A stretch of 64,000 bases of DNA from Camelus ferus (lineage: Eukaryota), in the NCBI RefSeq assembly GCF_009834535.1, contig NC_045696.1, positions 69,194,001-69,258,000 on the forward strand, read 5' to 3'. Made by a program: the position numbers and the translations under genes. Below, one piece after another: positions 23,542 to 37,719 of the stretch. The notes under the pieces are model-generated. The model searched no databases and was not told where the DNA came from. It saw only the letters and a list, made by a program, of their open reading frames with translations. Every line of letters starts with the position of its first letter. Within the stretch, counting starts at the first letter, position 1.

Positions 23542-26269
23542 TTCTCACTGATGCTCAGCTGTGTCCACTCTGCCCTCTAATTATGTCATTCTCAGGCTGG
23601 CTGCATCAATAGAGTTACTATACCTAAAGTTATAACATTCAGAAGTATTGCTTTCATTTAGTGGAAGGAGAAAGGGTCTGGGCTCTTTGATGTATAAATC
23701 ACTGTGGAAGCTGTACCAGTGTCCACTGCCTGTGACCGCAGCCTGTGACCTGTATTCAACCGTCAATCATGAGTACTGGAGCAATTTCAGTGACTAAAAG
23801 TCTAGAATGCTTAAAAAGTGAACACTCACCGAACTGTTTTTCCTTCTCTGCTTATCTCATGGAGTTCTTGGATATGCCTTTTGGTTCAGGATAGATGTTA
23901 CTAGAGCTAATTGCAGCTTTTTTCAAAAGACAGAATAAAATCTTCCTTCCATTTCTAATAACAACCAATGCAACTTTTCAAATTGGTTTTAAGTTTCCAT
24001 ATCTTGTCCCCTTTCCTAAAAATAGTGATTTCTGAGCACTAACACCCATCTAGGATTCTGGAATCTGGCAACCTAACCAATAGTGAATGCAGCTGAGGAC
24101 CAGAAATAGACATAAATAAATGTGTAGCCACAATATGTTAGAAATGCACAAAAGTTCATGTTAAAATGTATCACTCTTCGTTATTTCCATTTTGCAGGTG
24201 AGAAAACAGGTTCAGGGGGGTTAACTGGCTTGCCCAGTGTCACAGAATTGAGTCTGATCCCAGGCCAGTCACCCTTTCTGCTTCATTACATATCTCATCG
24301 GAATGACATTTTTCTCTGTAGGACTGAAGATCCCATTACCTAGTCTCCCACCATCACCACCTAGACTCCTTCCATACTGCTTATTGTCTCTAAGTGGCAA
24401 TCATGAGTTCCTGGCAGTTGAGAGCACATTCTCTGTAGACTGCTTGGGTTTGAATGCCAGACCCACCACTTTTAAGCTGTGAGATGTAACTCAGTTTCCT
24501 CATCTATAAATTGAGGATAACAGTCCTCCCATATAAACCACCTAATCCATATAAAGCACGTGAACAGAAACATAGTAAGGATTCAGTAAGTATTTTTCAC
24601 TCAGTAAAGAGAACAAGTTTCAGTTCTTCACATGAAAACTCTGTAACACATAGAATCTTCTGGCTTGAAAGGAACTTGCATATTGACTATTACAACTTCT
24701 CAAGCCCATTCCTGGACAGATGGACATCTTTAGTCTACTTGGTAAGGAGCGTGTTGCCTTAGGGACCACTGCTTCATTTCGGGGCAGCACTAACTTCTGG
24801 GGGGGCCATTGTATCCTAGTGCAAAAGGCTTGGGCTTTGGAGCTTGGTTTTAGGATCTTCCCATCATCTCCAGCACCCCACCCTGTTGTTACAGTTTATC
24901 ACAGAAAGATCTGTGGAACTTTGGTACAAGTCTTTCCACATTATACTGTGCTTCAGAGAAAGGACTTAAAGTGAACTGAAGCTTACAGAGAGGCAATGGT
25001 GAAAAAAATATACTTTTTTTTAACTTGTTAATTCATGGCAGTCTGGGCCATGGATAAATAGCAGTTACAAAGCCCCTTTAACATTCTCATTTGTAGCAAA
25101 AGCATTCTCTCTAAGGGGAGTTTCTAGATTAGTATGTGACTGACTCTTGAAAAATCTTGGAAAATGGGGTATTAGCAAGTGCAAATAATGATCAAGAGCT
25201 CTCCTGGGCTAAGATACAGACGGGAAATGTTGATAATTATTTCTAAGAAATTTTTAACTACAGCGACTCACTATATAATGAATATTAAACGTACAAAAAG
25301 TCCACGAAACTCACATATGTATTTACGTGGTACATTTGATTTCCAAGATAGCTTTTCAACATTTTAAATAAGCCTCTTAGTTTTGTCCTCTTCCTTCACA
25401 AGGGAACACACAGTTGGATTACTCAAGCCCAAATAGTGTCCTATCAAGGTTACAAGGTGTGCTGATTTTCACCTTGTTCTTAACTGTTTTAAATGGATAA
25501 AATTTCCCTTTTCCACTCATTTTTGTAAAATAGGGCAAAATACTGTGAAAAGGCAGTAGTAGCACTGGCTGTTGTATGGCCAAAGGTGGGGCTGTTGCTG
25601 GAACCACACTGCTAGGTAGACGGCGGCTCCCACACACTCAGCAACAGCAATTGTTCAACCACATTGGAACAGTCACTCACTAAAGTCATGAGAAGTGGAG
25701 TGTGATTTGACTGTATAATGTAGAAAAGGGAAAGAGGCCCAGATGTCAAATATATTTAAGTCACGTACCACGTGAATTAGGTGCCACTGGGAAAAGCAAA
25801 TGTAATTTGCAACTCTACTACTTAAACTCCTTTTTAGTGCCCATAATAATCTCAATTTCTAATATAAACCAAAGACTCTTTTAAAAAAAGGTCACTTGAG
25901 ATTGGATATAGGAAAAGTGCTTTCTAAATAGTAAAATTTCCACATGAGATTTTATTATTCCCAAATTAAGTGAGAGGGAATATACTTTCTCAGTGACAAT
26001 TAGTCTCTGTGTAACCTTGATTCACCTACTCCAATCTCTAATTTTCCTCAAGCTTCTTTCTAGAAGGTGCCAGGGATGTTTAATTGGGGGTGGGGACTGG
26101 ATCTTCATCGCTGTTTCACAGGTTTGTGCATCCGTCTTGCTTGATGGGAGGACAGCCCAGCTAGCTCACAGGCCCCAAGGAGGGAAACGAGGCTGATCAA
26201 GGGGAAGTACCCCAGGTGGGCGTGGAAGAGACAATGCTATAGCTAAACCAACAAGAAACAGGAGTCAAG

Positions 26270-26651
26270 AAAAAATTAACAACAAAATGTATTTAAAAAC
26301 AGACTTCTCCAGTTGGCATTTCAAATGAAATAGCTAGCAATTAACTCCAACCCTTTCTAGTGTGTCTTTTGCTCCTGGAGTCCTCTTGCAGCTTTAATTC
26401 TTGAACCTCAGGCGGCAGCACCAGACATAAATCCCCAAAGGGAGAGGTATTATTAAACCTTTTGCTGGTCATTCTTTTCTCAACACAAATGGACAGATTC
26501 GTAAGCCCTCTTATTCATTTCATGATGATCATTAGAAGAAAAAAATTAAGCCAAACTTGCATATTGAAAAAAAAAACCACACAAAAAAAACCCGTAGATA
26601 ATAAATATCGCTGATTCACTTCTTTTAAACAAAGTCCAATTTTATTCACTG
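26270..26651 (-). other. DNAJB11: DNAJB11 3' UTR (distal end approximate)
   Basis: Follows TAA; candidate signals on minus: AATAAA 26646-26641, ATTAAA 26398-26393, AATACA 26293-26288 followed by U-rich sequence. Confidence 0.6.
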
Positions 26652-26744
<93 letters not shown>

Positions 26745-27333
26745 TTAACAAAAATGTGACTCCCCTAGAGTTTAAAGTGTGTTCTGTGGAGAGGTGGCTC
26801 ACAAAAGGCCTTATGACAACCATGGACCTGAACTGAACAAATGACTAACAGTGTCCAACTTCATCGCCAGTGGGTACCATACACACACATCCCAGATGAT
26901 CCGCTGTCTCTCTCTCAGGCACACGTACCACACATACATCCCACGAACTCTGAGAAAGAGGCAGTGAATGGACAGAAAGCTCTTCAGCTGTCTTTCATTC
27001 TTTCTTGTCTTCTTTCCAGTTTTGAACTCTTTCACCTCCTTTTTATTTGGGACCCACCAACTGAGCCCTCTTCAATCACTGCAGACTTCACCCCAGGCCT
27101 CTAATCCTTCTAATGTAGACCTCATCTTTCCTTGTACAGTTGGGTCCAGCTAATTTGTTCTAAGTGATTCTGTTTCACACCCACACAACCCATCGCTCCC
27201 CAGGTTTCAAAGCCCAGTTTATACAGCCTTTTGTAAGTCAACAGGATTATTAATATTGCCTTTGTAGAGAGGCAAGTTCATTCCCAGTCTTGTGCTCACT
27301 AGTGTCAGTAACTACTGTCACTGTCTGATTTTA

Positions 27334-27612
<279 letters not shown>

Positions 27613-27961
27613 TCAAAGTACGACGCACAGCGCCCAGTGAGCACTGGTGCCCAGAGCTCATGTCACAGCTCAGTAGAGCAGCAGGACCAAGGCCCAAGGG
27701 AAACATCACTGGGACAGTGCAGGCCAAAGAGAAGGTTTTCAAAAGGAAGAGAACCAAACATGTGAGAAAGTAAGGCTTTCGCCAGTGGAGCCTGTAAGAA
27801 TGAGACTGCCAAAGGCTGAGCAGCCACCTCCAGGGTGCTGGCGGGGCGGTGGTGCTCTCACCACTGGACATTCAGCGGCAGAGTGAGGAGCGGAGGCGCT
27901 GTGACGCCTGAGAATTTAGTCCCTGTTCCTCCAAACGACTCAAGTGGCTGAAGTAATCTCA

Positions 27962-28183
<222 letters not shown>

Positions 28184-29247
28184 TCAAAAAGTTTTAGAAA
28201 AATCATGGAAAAGGATGAGTGCCACTCTTTCAAACAATAAGCATTTATCAGATGCTCCTTTCTGTGTAGTATTCGTCAAGACTACAAAGTTGCATAAGAT
28301 TTATTAAACCCGACTCTTAAGGAGCTTACAATCAGTGGAAACCGAAGCATGTAAGTAAAACTGCATGTAAGTAAGATTCTGGAGAAGAGAGAAGGGCAAC
28401 TTCTGGCCGCGGGGCTGGGGAAGAAGGGCATCTGGGACGGATCAGGAGGCTTCCAGAGCTGGGCTCGCAAGGCCAGGTCAGCTCTGGAGAAGCAGATGAG
28501 GCGGGTGCAGGGAAGGACAGGGATAGGGTGAGAAGGAATTCTGGCAAAGACAAGGACTTGAGAAGGTACTGAGTTTATTCAGGGAATAGCACCTGTTCCA
28601 GTTTCTCTGGGAAGTGATGAGAAAGACAAGGTAAGTGAGGAGCACTGGGGAAAGATCACTGAGATTAAGGAGTGCTGTGAGGGCCCTTGGCACCGGGGGC
28701 CCGTTTCTCCATATTTAGGTGGGAACCTTGTTTCAGTGAATCCTTAGAAGCAGACACATCACTGGTTTCCAAAGTGGTCACAAGAGACAAATAAGAAACA
28801 AGAAAGCTTGAGTCCCAGGCAAAATTCTTACCTAAGCAGCACTTCAGGCTGAAGAGAAGCCAACCAGAGAAGCTGCCCAGCAGCTGCAGATTAAGTAACA
28901 CCAGGTCCTTTCTACAGAAGAGGCTCCCATTCTCGTGTGGGGCTGTATTTCCTCAGTTAAAATCTCAGGTCACCTTGTCTGCCTCTCTTTCACAGCTCCT
29001 TACCTGTCTCATCAATGCTTTCTTTCCAAATTATTTTGGACTTAAGTCCCCAGGAAATTAAAAAATGGGCTCAACCCTTGGTTCCAACCCCAAATTTTCA
29101 GTACTACTATAAAGTTACAAATAATCATTTAGGGTATTAAGAGCATAAAATGGGTAAAAAGTCTGGAAGTGCCCTGGTGGCTCCCCTATTTCTCCAGTCT
29201 GACTCATCTGAAAAGTTAGAGAAGGCCTCTAGACTGCGATCACTTAC

Positions 29248-29305
29248 TTGACAACTTTGATTCGGAACCGCAAGTCTCCTGGTTCGCCATCCACATGAGG
29301 CTCAC
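29248..29305 (-). CDS. DNAJB11: DNAJB11 coding exon 7
   Basis: 58 nt; (G)EPHVDGEPGDLRFRIKVV(K); accag| and AA|GTAAGT. Confidence 0.95.
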
Positions 29306-29900
29306 CTGGTCAGAACAGGTTAGAGCACACTGTAAGTCACACAAGTCAAACACTGCCGATCAGTTGAGAACTGGCAGTTGAGAGAATTTCTTAAAGCCAC
29401 CACCTAGCGTTGACTGGCAAGTCTACCTGTGAGAGCTGTGTCTCTACCTGGTTATATCAAGTTTCAGATTATTAGTAAGGATCACCTGTGCAATAAATAA
29501 CTTGACCTACTTCCTAAACAAAGAAGTGATTCACTAACTTCCTGACCCTGATGTTTTAAAGCTATCTTTCTTGTAGAATTTTAAATTTAACCCCAAATTG
29601 AGGTCTGAGAGCATCTTATTAATGCTAACTAGAGTTCTATATCCTCTTTCATTGCTGAATTAAAATTAATGCATTAAGTTGTGAACGTACTAAACTTTGG
29701 TATAACCAGGGCTACTTGACAATAACCTTTGGCCATGATATTCCAAGGATAAACAGTAATGCTACTGCATAAGGTGACCAACCACGATGGTCATAAACGG
29801 CTTTCCGTATTGTAAAACTGACTGAAGTGTGCTGGAAATGACATATGCATTTGCAATGTGGCCATAAGTTATGGGGTGAGGTGGGGTTGGGAGGTACTCA

Positions 29901-30179
<279 letters not shown>

Positions 30180-30486
30180 TCACTTACACCTTCCCTGCCA
30201 AAAGCCAGGGCAAAGCTACTACGTAGCACATAATCATGCATCTGCTGACTCTAAAAAAGCCCGCAGTAGCCTGATTACTTTGAACTGAGTGATGAGTAAC
30301 AGAGAACACTATTTGCACTTATATAATTGTGCACCTGTAAGGGCAGGGTCATGTTTACCAGAAACTCTAGCAGGAGAGTTTATCCTGATTTTTACCCCTG
30401 AGCCCACAAATAACTGAGCTAGTTTTGATATATATATATATAACTGAAGGTCCAATTAAATAGCTGTACTTGGAACAGAATCAGCA

Positions 30487-30579
30487 GGGGGAAGGTAACA
30501 GCTCAGTGGTAGAGTGCAAGCTCTGCATCGTGCACGAGGTCCTGGGTTCTATCCCCAGTACCTTCACTGAAAAAAAAAA
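30487..30579 (+). mobile_element. tRNA-derived SINE (camelid vic-1 type), short form
   Basis: GGGGGAAGG..AGCTCAGTGGTAGAG (A box), GGGTTCTATCCCC (B box), A tail; TSD AATCAGCA at 30479-30486 and 30582-30589. Confidence 0.85.
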
Positions 30580-30930
30580 TTAATCAGCAAGTAGTACTTC
30601 TCTAAACTGAAATGTCAGCTGGACATACAAGATTGTGCCAATAGTCCCAGTAGGAAAAAGGAAACATGAACATTTTTGTTAAGTATATTCGGAAATAAAG
30701 GGTACTGCTTACTAGTTCATAAACATAAAAGCAGGTATTCAGAAGAGATACTTTTGGAAAAAATTAAAATGTACATTTCTTTGCTCTATGTTCCTGTAGA
30801 ACATGGGGGAGAGAGAGAAGGATTGGGGGAGAGAGAAGGAGAAAACCTAGATAAGGACCGTTGGCATTTCATTGCACCAAGAAGATTATGAAAGTGTCCA
30901 TCGGGAGGCCGAAGATGGCGCTTTCACTTA

Positions 30931-31074
<144 letters not shown>

Positions 31075-31810
31075 CTAGGAAGTGCACAGACAACATCAGC
31101 TTCCCTCTAGTGACCCATGGCCTTTGGTTTCCTCACCTGATTGGGGACCTGCGCGTACCCGCCTTTCTCTGCCATGTTATCCCTCAGGGAGACCCAGAGC
31201 TGACAGTCTGGGAGCTACAAATCAGCCCCACACAGGAGTGGAGCAAACGGACCTTTAACTGACTCAGATTCTAAAGCTGGAGAGGAGACAGGGGAGTAAG
31301 AAAGGACTGAAGACAGTGTGTATGGGATCATCATTTCTACGCCACAGCTAAATACTCTGGAGTTAAAGTAGTCTGCAGAATTACTATCTCTTAAGAAATC
31401 TGAGCTGTGTAAAGCATAAGCCCTGGAGAACAACCACAGCCTTCAAAAGCTGGTGTGGCTCCCACCCTGGGATTAGCCACTATTACCCTCATGAAAACAC
31501 TTCCTTGTTTCAGGCAACGCAATCTAGGAGTGCGTTCCAGTGTGGTCTGAATTCAGGTACTCGAACGCATGAGAAGAGACACACGGTCATCTCTTTGTTG
31601 CTGATTGCAATCAAACATTCTAGACATGTGGAAACTAAAATACATGAAGAAATGTATTCCTGTTTTTGCCTGTTTACTTAGTCAAACACCTAATCACAGG
31701 GCACGTGCTCATGCAGAAGGATGACGTGAATGCTTGGAGAAAAATCCCTTAAAGCTTATCAACATATGAAAGCCCAGGTCAACAGAATAAACAGCACCAA
31801 TAACAGTCAT

Positions 31811-32062
31811 TATAGCCAACACATCATAGCACTTACAATGTGCCAAGCAAGGCCCTAATCACTTTTATGTATATGAACTCACTTAATCCTCACAACAACT
31901 TTATAAAGTAGCTACTGTTACCATCTCCATTTTACAGAGGAAGTAATGCAAGCACAGAAGGGTTCAGTGACATGACCAAGGTCACATAACCAATGCATGG
32001 CAGAGCCTGGATCCTAAACCAGGGAGTCAAGCTCCAAAGTCCATGCTTTTAACCACTATGCT
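31811..32062 (-). mobile_element. Near full-length MIR SINE
   Basis: agcacttacaatgtgcca...cttaatcctcacaacaac...ccattttacagaggaag...aaggtcaca...ttttaaccactatgct. Confidence 0.8.
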
Positions 32063-32889
32063 CACTCAAGGTAATTTTTTCTTGAAAAGACTATGCCATG
32101 GGGTCATTTAAATAGCAAGGTCATGTACATCCTTTACAAGAACTGGATTAAAAAGGAATTTGTTTAGGAGCATGCTGAAAAAAAGTGACACACATTGTGT
32201 ATTAGCAATGACTGCAGCCAGTAGGTCTGGAGGAGAACAAGGGAGATGAATCTTTTCCTCCACCTGAACAACCTGTCCTGTGTTTGAAGGTGAGGTGGCC
32301 CAAATATCTTTAATGCCCTTTCCTCCCATTTACACTGAATAACAGTGTTACATGCCACCTGCACCGTCTGCAATTGTCTAGTCCTCTTCTGTCAACTATT
32401 CACAGCACAAGCCACAACTAAGAAGAAAATGCTTCTTGTCAAGATGGCACATATCCATAGGTTATGGGCGATCTCCTCCAAAATCCTGGAAAAACTCTAA
32501 GAAAACATGGATTCCAGGAAACAATATGACAACACAAAATCGGTATGAAACTCCTGAGATATAAGGCTGTTTTGAACTGGTATGTGATTAGGTGGTGATG
32601 ATGTTAAAAAAATAAAAAGCAGTTGAAGTTCTGCTCTTCCCTCTCTCCTGAACTGCCTTGGGCCAAGATCTCTCTGGCTCCTCTCCCCAAAAACAATACA
32701 CTGCAGACACCAAACGAAAACAAAAACAAAAACACTCCAAGAAGACAGACAAATAAAACACCGTTAAAAACCACTAGGCAAGAGCTGGCCCCAATATGTT
32801 CTACCAGGGAAACAGAGTTGCTAATACCCATGGGGAAATACGAGCCCAAAGGCTAAAGCAGCTAGACACCCAAGGAGTCCCATTATCTC

Positions 32890-34560
32890 TTCTGCCTTCC
32901 AGCAAAGACATCAGACTGGATAAAACATATATTTTAACCAAATCTATTAGAGAAGATAGACCAAGAATTTAAAATAAGTATGGTAGCACTTAAGGAGATA
33001 AAGGAAGACATCAGCAAACTGAAATAGATTAAGAAATAATATAAGAATCAAGTAGAAATATTATGTATAAAAATGCGAGTTGAAATAAAAACACAGCCGG
33101 TGGGATATTATTAGAATAGCTATAGCTGCAGATTGAAGCAGTGAGCTGGAAGACCAAAATGAGGCATTCTCCTATAAAGAAGCAGGGAAGGATAAAGAAG
33201 AATTTTTTAAATATTTAAAAGAGAGTTAAGAGCAGACAGAAGTAGAAATGTCAATAAAGAGAATTAAATATTTGAAAAAATTATGGCAAAATTAAAAAGA
33301 GGATGAATAACTTCAAATTAAAAGAGCCCGGGGGGAGGGTATAACTCAAGTGGTAGAGGGCATGTTTAGCATGCATGAGGTCCTGGGTTCAATACCCAGG
33401 GCCTCCTCTAAGAATAAATAAACAATAAATAAACCTAATTACCTCCCCCAACAAATAAATAAATAAATAAATAAGTAAGCGAGCTCAAAGTTTCAGTAGA
33501 AAATACAGGTGAACTGCTTTCTGATTTTAGGGTAGAGAAGAATTTCTTAAACAAGAAGCCAAAACTAATCATAAAAGAGACTGGTAAATTTGATCATATT
33601 AAAATTAATTACTTCTGTTCATTTAAATAAATCTTCAATATAATGAAAAGATAAGCTACAAACTGTTAGCATATATTTGTATCACATACAGTCAAAAAAA
33701 GATTAATACTAAGAATAAACTTTTTTTAGAAATCAGTAAGAAAAGGGCAAATGAAAAATGAACAGAATATATGAATGGCCATTTCACAAGAAAGGAAAGA
33801 AATATGGCCAATAAATATACAGTAAAGATGTGTATCCTAATCAAAAATGCAAATAAAGACCACAATGAGATAACATATACCCATTTATTTATTTATACCC
33901 ATTTGATGGGCAAAAATTGAGAAGTCTAATAATTCCAAGTATTAGAGAGGTGGCAGATCTGTGGGATCTCTCATTGCTGGTGGAAGTGCTGGTACCAAAT
34001 AATTGAGAAACATTATGGTTCTGTCTTGTACAAATGAATATCGGTTTGCAATTCCAATTCCACTCTTACATACATCTACCCAAGAGAAAGTCTTGCTCAT
34101 ATATACCTGGATATATGTACAAGACTTCATAAAAGCATAGTTTGGCACTGGAAGAAAAAAAAAAAACAAACCTAGAAATAACCTACTATGCCTACTGATT
34201 CAATGTGCTCACAATGAAATTCTATTCAGTAGAATTGTAGCTATAAGAAATAACATGGATGAATCTCGGTAATATTAGAGTGAGTGAAAAGGGCCAGCCC
34301 CAGAAAATATCATTTTTACCAAGTCAAAACAATAAACATAAACAATGTATTATTCAGGTATTGGTATATATGTAATACAACAAACAAATAAGAGTACCAA
34401 GGGAACAATAAAGACAAAACTCAAGATGTTAGTAGTTACCTCTGAAGGGAGTCAGGGGAATGGAATAGGGAAGTAGCATGTAGGCAGATGTAATTCCTGG
34501 TATTGTTTTATTTAGTTCTTGGGCTGAGTGATGAGTTCATGAAACAATAAAAGTGTATCA
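32890..34560 (+). mobile_element. Old, fragmented L1 (L1M-type), interrupted by a SINE
   Basis: A-rich degraded ORF2-end motifs (aaataaagaccacaatgagata, gggatctctcattgctggtggaagtg, gcaattccaattccactctta, acatggatgaatctc); boundaries approximate. Confidence 0.65.
33330..33472 (+). mobile_element. tRNA-derived SINE (vic-1 type), long form
   Basis: GGGGGGAGGGTATAACTCAAGTGGTAGAG...GGGTTCAATACCC...AAATAAACCTAATTACCTCCCCC then (AAAT)n tail. Confidence 0.88.
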
Positions 34561-34706
34561 TGAATCAAGGATTAGGATTAACTCAATCCTATATACCTGA
34601 CCACTCTCCCACCCCTAAAAGACAAAGAAGGTACCCAGAAACCTCTTGTTTTTATTCACAACACATTCTGGGAGTCAATATGAACAGCTGTATTATTTGG
34701 ACTTAC

Positions 34707-34839
34707 TTCTACAAAATTTCCTGCATACACTTCTTCCAAAGTGACATCTAGGTCTACTATAATATCACTTCCTCTTGGAATATTTCTGTCTTGCTGGCGA
34801 GGGCTTCCTCCAAACATGAAACCAAAATCTCCAAAAAAG
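34707..34839 (-). CDS. DNAJB11: DNAJB11 coding exon 4 (G/F-rich region)
   Basis: 133 nt; [44 protein letters not shown]; caacag| and GAA|GTAAGT. Confidence 0.96.
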
Positions 34840-35552
34840 CTGTTGATAAATGTAAAATGATCAGGAAAAGAAATCAGAGTTCACATCTTATAATTTTAGT
34901 TTTATCCACACTGATAAAATATTGTGGTCTACCAATGAGCAAAACTGAAAGACATTTTTTATACATTGGAGTCATACATCATACATAATTTTTAATTTAT
35001 ATAATATCAGCTATATTGCTGCCTACCACAAAAAATTTACTTTTTAATATTGTCCAGACACAAGGTACGTGTGTGCATATATACAGTATGCCAAAGAATT
35101 CTAAGTTGGGCTTAATGAATGAAAAAACAATGTTTCAATACTGACAAATATCAGGATATAATGGAGATACTGAGAAAAAGAATAGTGTATATAAACCTAT
35201 GTATTGCTGAACCTAATGATAATTTTGGACATACGTAGTGTTCATCTTTATGTAAGCTTTTTAGAAACTAACTCTGGTGAAAGAAGAAGCTACTGCTCTG
35301 TAGAAAAATCTTGGGTACATAATTAAACTAAAAAAGCATCAGCCTTAGTAAAATTCTAGATCTTAAGGAAAAGGAAGTTCTGGTCTCTAAAAGACCAAAA
35401 TTAATTTTTGTAAGTAACAGAAGCATCACTTTGAGCTTCAGTGATCTTTCATTATATAGGAGTTTTAATCTTATTAATATAAACAGTGACCTTTGATTGT
35501 ACAGGAGGTCTAATCTTAATGTTAAATTTTGGTTATTAAGAAACCTCAGATG

Positions 35553-35689
35553 AGGGGGAGGGTATAGCTCAAGTGGTAGAGTACATGCCTAGCATGCACA
35601 AAGTCCTGGATTCAATCTCCAGTACCGCCTCTAAAAATAAATAAACCTAATTACCCACCCCCTCCAAACCGTCCCCCCCAAAAAACAAA
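35553..35689 (+). mobile_element. tRNA-derived SINE (vic-1 type), long form
   Basis: A and B boxes intact; perfect 15-bp TSD AAGAAACCTCAGATG at 35538-35552 and 35690-35704. Confidence 0.92.
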
Positions 35690-35781
35690 AAGAAACCTCA
35701 GATGTTAGCATAGTGATGATGACAACTATACAACACCCCCTAAAAAAACACCAATCTTGGTGAATGGATTCCCCAAATCTT

Positions 35782-36586
35782 TTTTTTTTTTTTTCAGGTA
35801 TAGTCAGTTTACAATGTGTCGATTTCTGGTGTACAGCACAATGCTTCAGTCATACATGAATACAGATAAATTCATTTTCATATTCTTTTTTACCCTAAAC
35901 TCTACAAGATATTGAATATGTATACACTATTTATGTTTATCTATTTTATATATACCAGTTTACTGGCTTACTTCACTTAGAATGACATTCTCCAGAGCCA
36001 TTCATGTTGCTGCAAATGGCATTATTTTATCATTTGTTATGGCTGAGTAGTATTCCATTGTATAAATATACCACAGCTTCTTTATCCAGTCATCTGTCGA
36101 TAGACATTTAGGTTGTTTCCATGTCTTGGCTATTGTAAATAGTGCTGCTATGAACATTGGGGTGCAGGTGTCTTTTTGAATTAAGGTTCCCTCCAGATAT
36201 ATGTCCAAGAGTGGGATTGCTGGGTCACATGGTAAGTCTATCTTTAGTCTTTTGAGGAATCTCCATACTGTTTTCCACAATGGCTACACCAAACTGCATT
36301 CCCACCAACAGTGTAGGAGGGTTCCCTTTTCTCCACATCCTTCTCCAGCATTTATCATTTGTGGACTTTTGAATGATGGCCATTATGACTAGTGTGAGGT
36401 GATAACTCACTGTAGTTTTGATTTGCATTTCTCTGATAATTAGTGATATTGGGCATTTTTTCATGTGCTTATTGGTCATTCATATGCCTTTACTGGAGAA
36501 CTGCTTGTTTAGGTCTTCTGCCCATTTTTGGATTGGGTTGTTTGTTTTTTTTCTTATTTAGTCGTATGAGCTGTTTATATATTCTA
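35782..36586 (-). mobile_element. 5'-truncated L1 (ORF2 C-terminus plus shortened 3' UTR)
   Basis: ORF 36002..36280 [24 protein letters not shown]...CTPMFIAALFTIAKTWKQPKC...WYIYTMEYYSA is the L1 ORF2 end; poly(T) at left; TSD GATTCCCCAAATCTT (35767) / GATTCCCTGAATCTT (36587). Confidence 0.93.
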
Positions 36587-37575
36587 GATTCCCTGAATCT
36601 TAAATAAAAGCAGAAAGGGTGGAGGAGGAAGGAGCATGGGCAGAGCTTTTTCTTTCTGGCATCCCTGGCTATCACTTTTAACTGCCAATGGGTTCAAACA
36701 GGACACTTCCCTGGTAGGCTAAAGCCGCCAGATCAATCCTGGGGAAGAGAAGGATTTCCTAATCATATTACTCACACATCTTCACAAGTCCTGAAAATCT
36801 ACTTGTCACTCCCAAACACTAAATGAGGGAAGCTATTGTATGTAACAGTCATTATCACTGCTTTTGGGGAAAGGTTCCTCTTAGAGAATCTGAAGAAATC
36901 AGTGCATCTTCTCCCTCATTGAAGTGCATATTCAAACAGTTTTTATTTGTAACTTGATTTGAAATCCTAGATCAAGATCTCCTATTTATGCATCATCAGG
37001 GTATATGAAAATTTAAATGCTCAACAAAGAGGGGCTCAGAGAGCAGGAAGGAAAGATGTTTATTATTCCAGCCACTCAGCACTCCCAGAAAGTCAGGCAC
37101 AGCAAGAGATAAAGAGCCTCTACCCTAAGTCCTTCCACCAGTGCTGATGATCATAATCATCCCTGTCTTATTGATAGGATGAAAAAGAGGCAGCTCTGGG
37201 GATGGGAGGAGGAATTTCTCTCTCTCTGCTTACAAGAATAACTTTGCTCATTAAATGGTTTGCAGATTCTACGACAGTGAGGAGACAAAATGAACTGGTT
37301 TCCAATACATAAACCCACCAATACAGTCAGGGTTGATTTGACTGATTTGGTTGGCGAGATGGACAGCCCTTTTAGTGCTACCTGCCTTTTCTGGAGCTTT
37401 GTGAATATAGAGAATATTCCCTCAGAAAGGATGATAAATGATCTTTTAGTCAAGGATCAGCTGAGCTGTACTCTTCATCAAAAGCTTCTGAACAAAGGAG
37501 CAAGGATAATTCTTTAATAATCACTAAGTGATCCATTTTCAGACACTAATACCTTGCAGGTGGATAAATTACTTA

Positions 37576-37719
<144 letters not shown>

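Noticed and set aside
23822..23935. Possible minus-strand read-through exon downstream of DNAJB11 (donor CG|GTGAGT near 23829)
   Set aside because: Weak acceptor, no coding signal; isolated donors occur by chance
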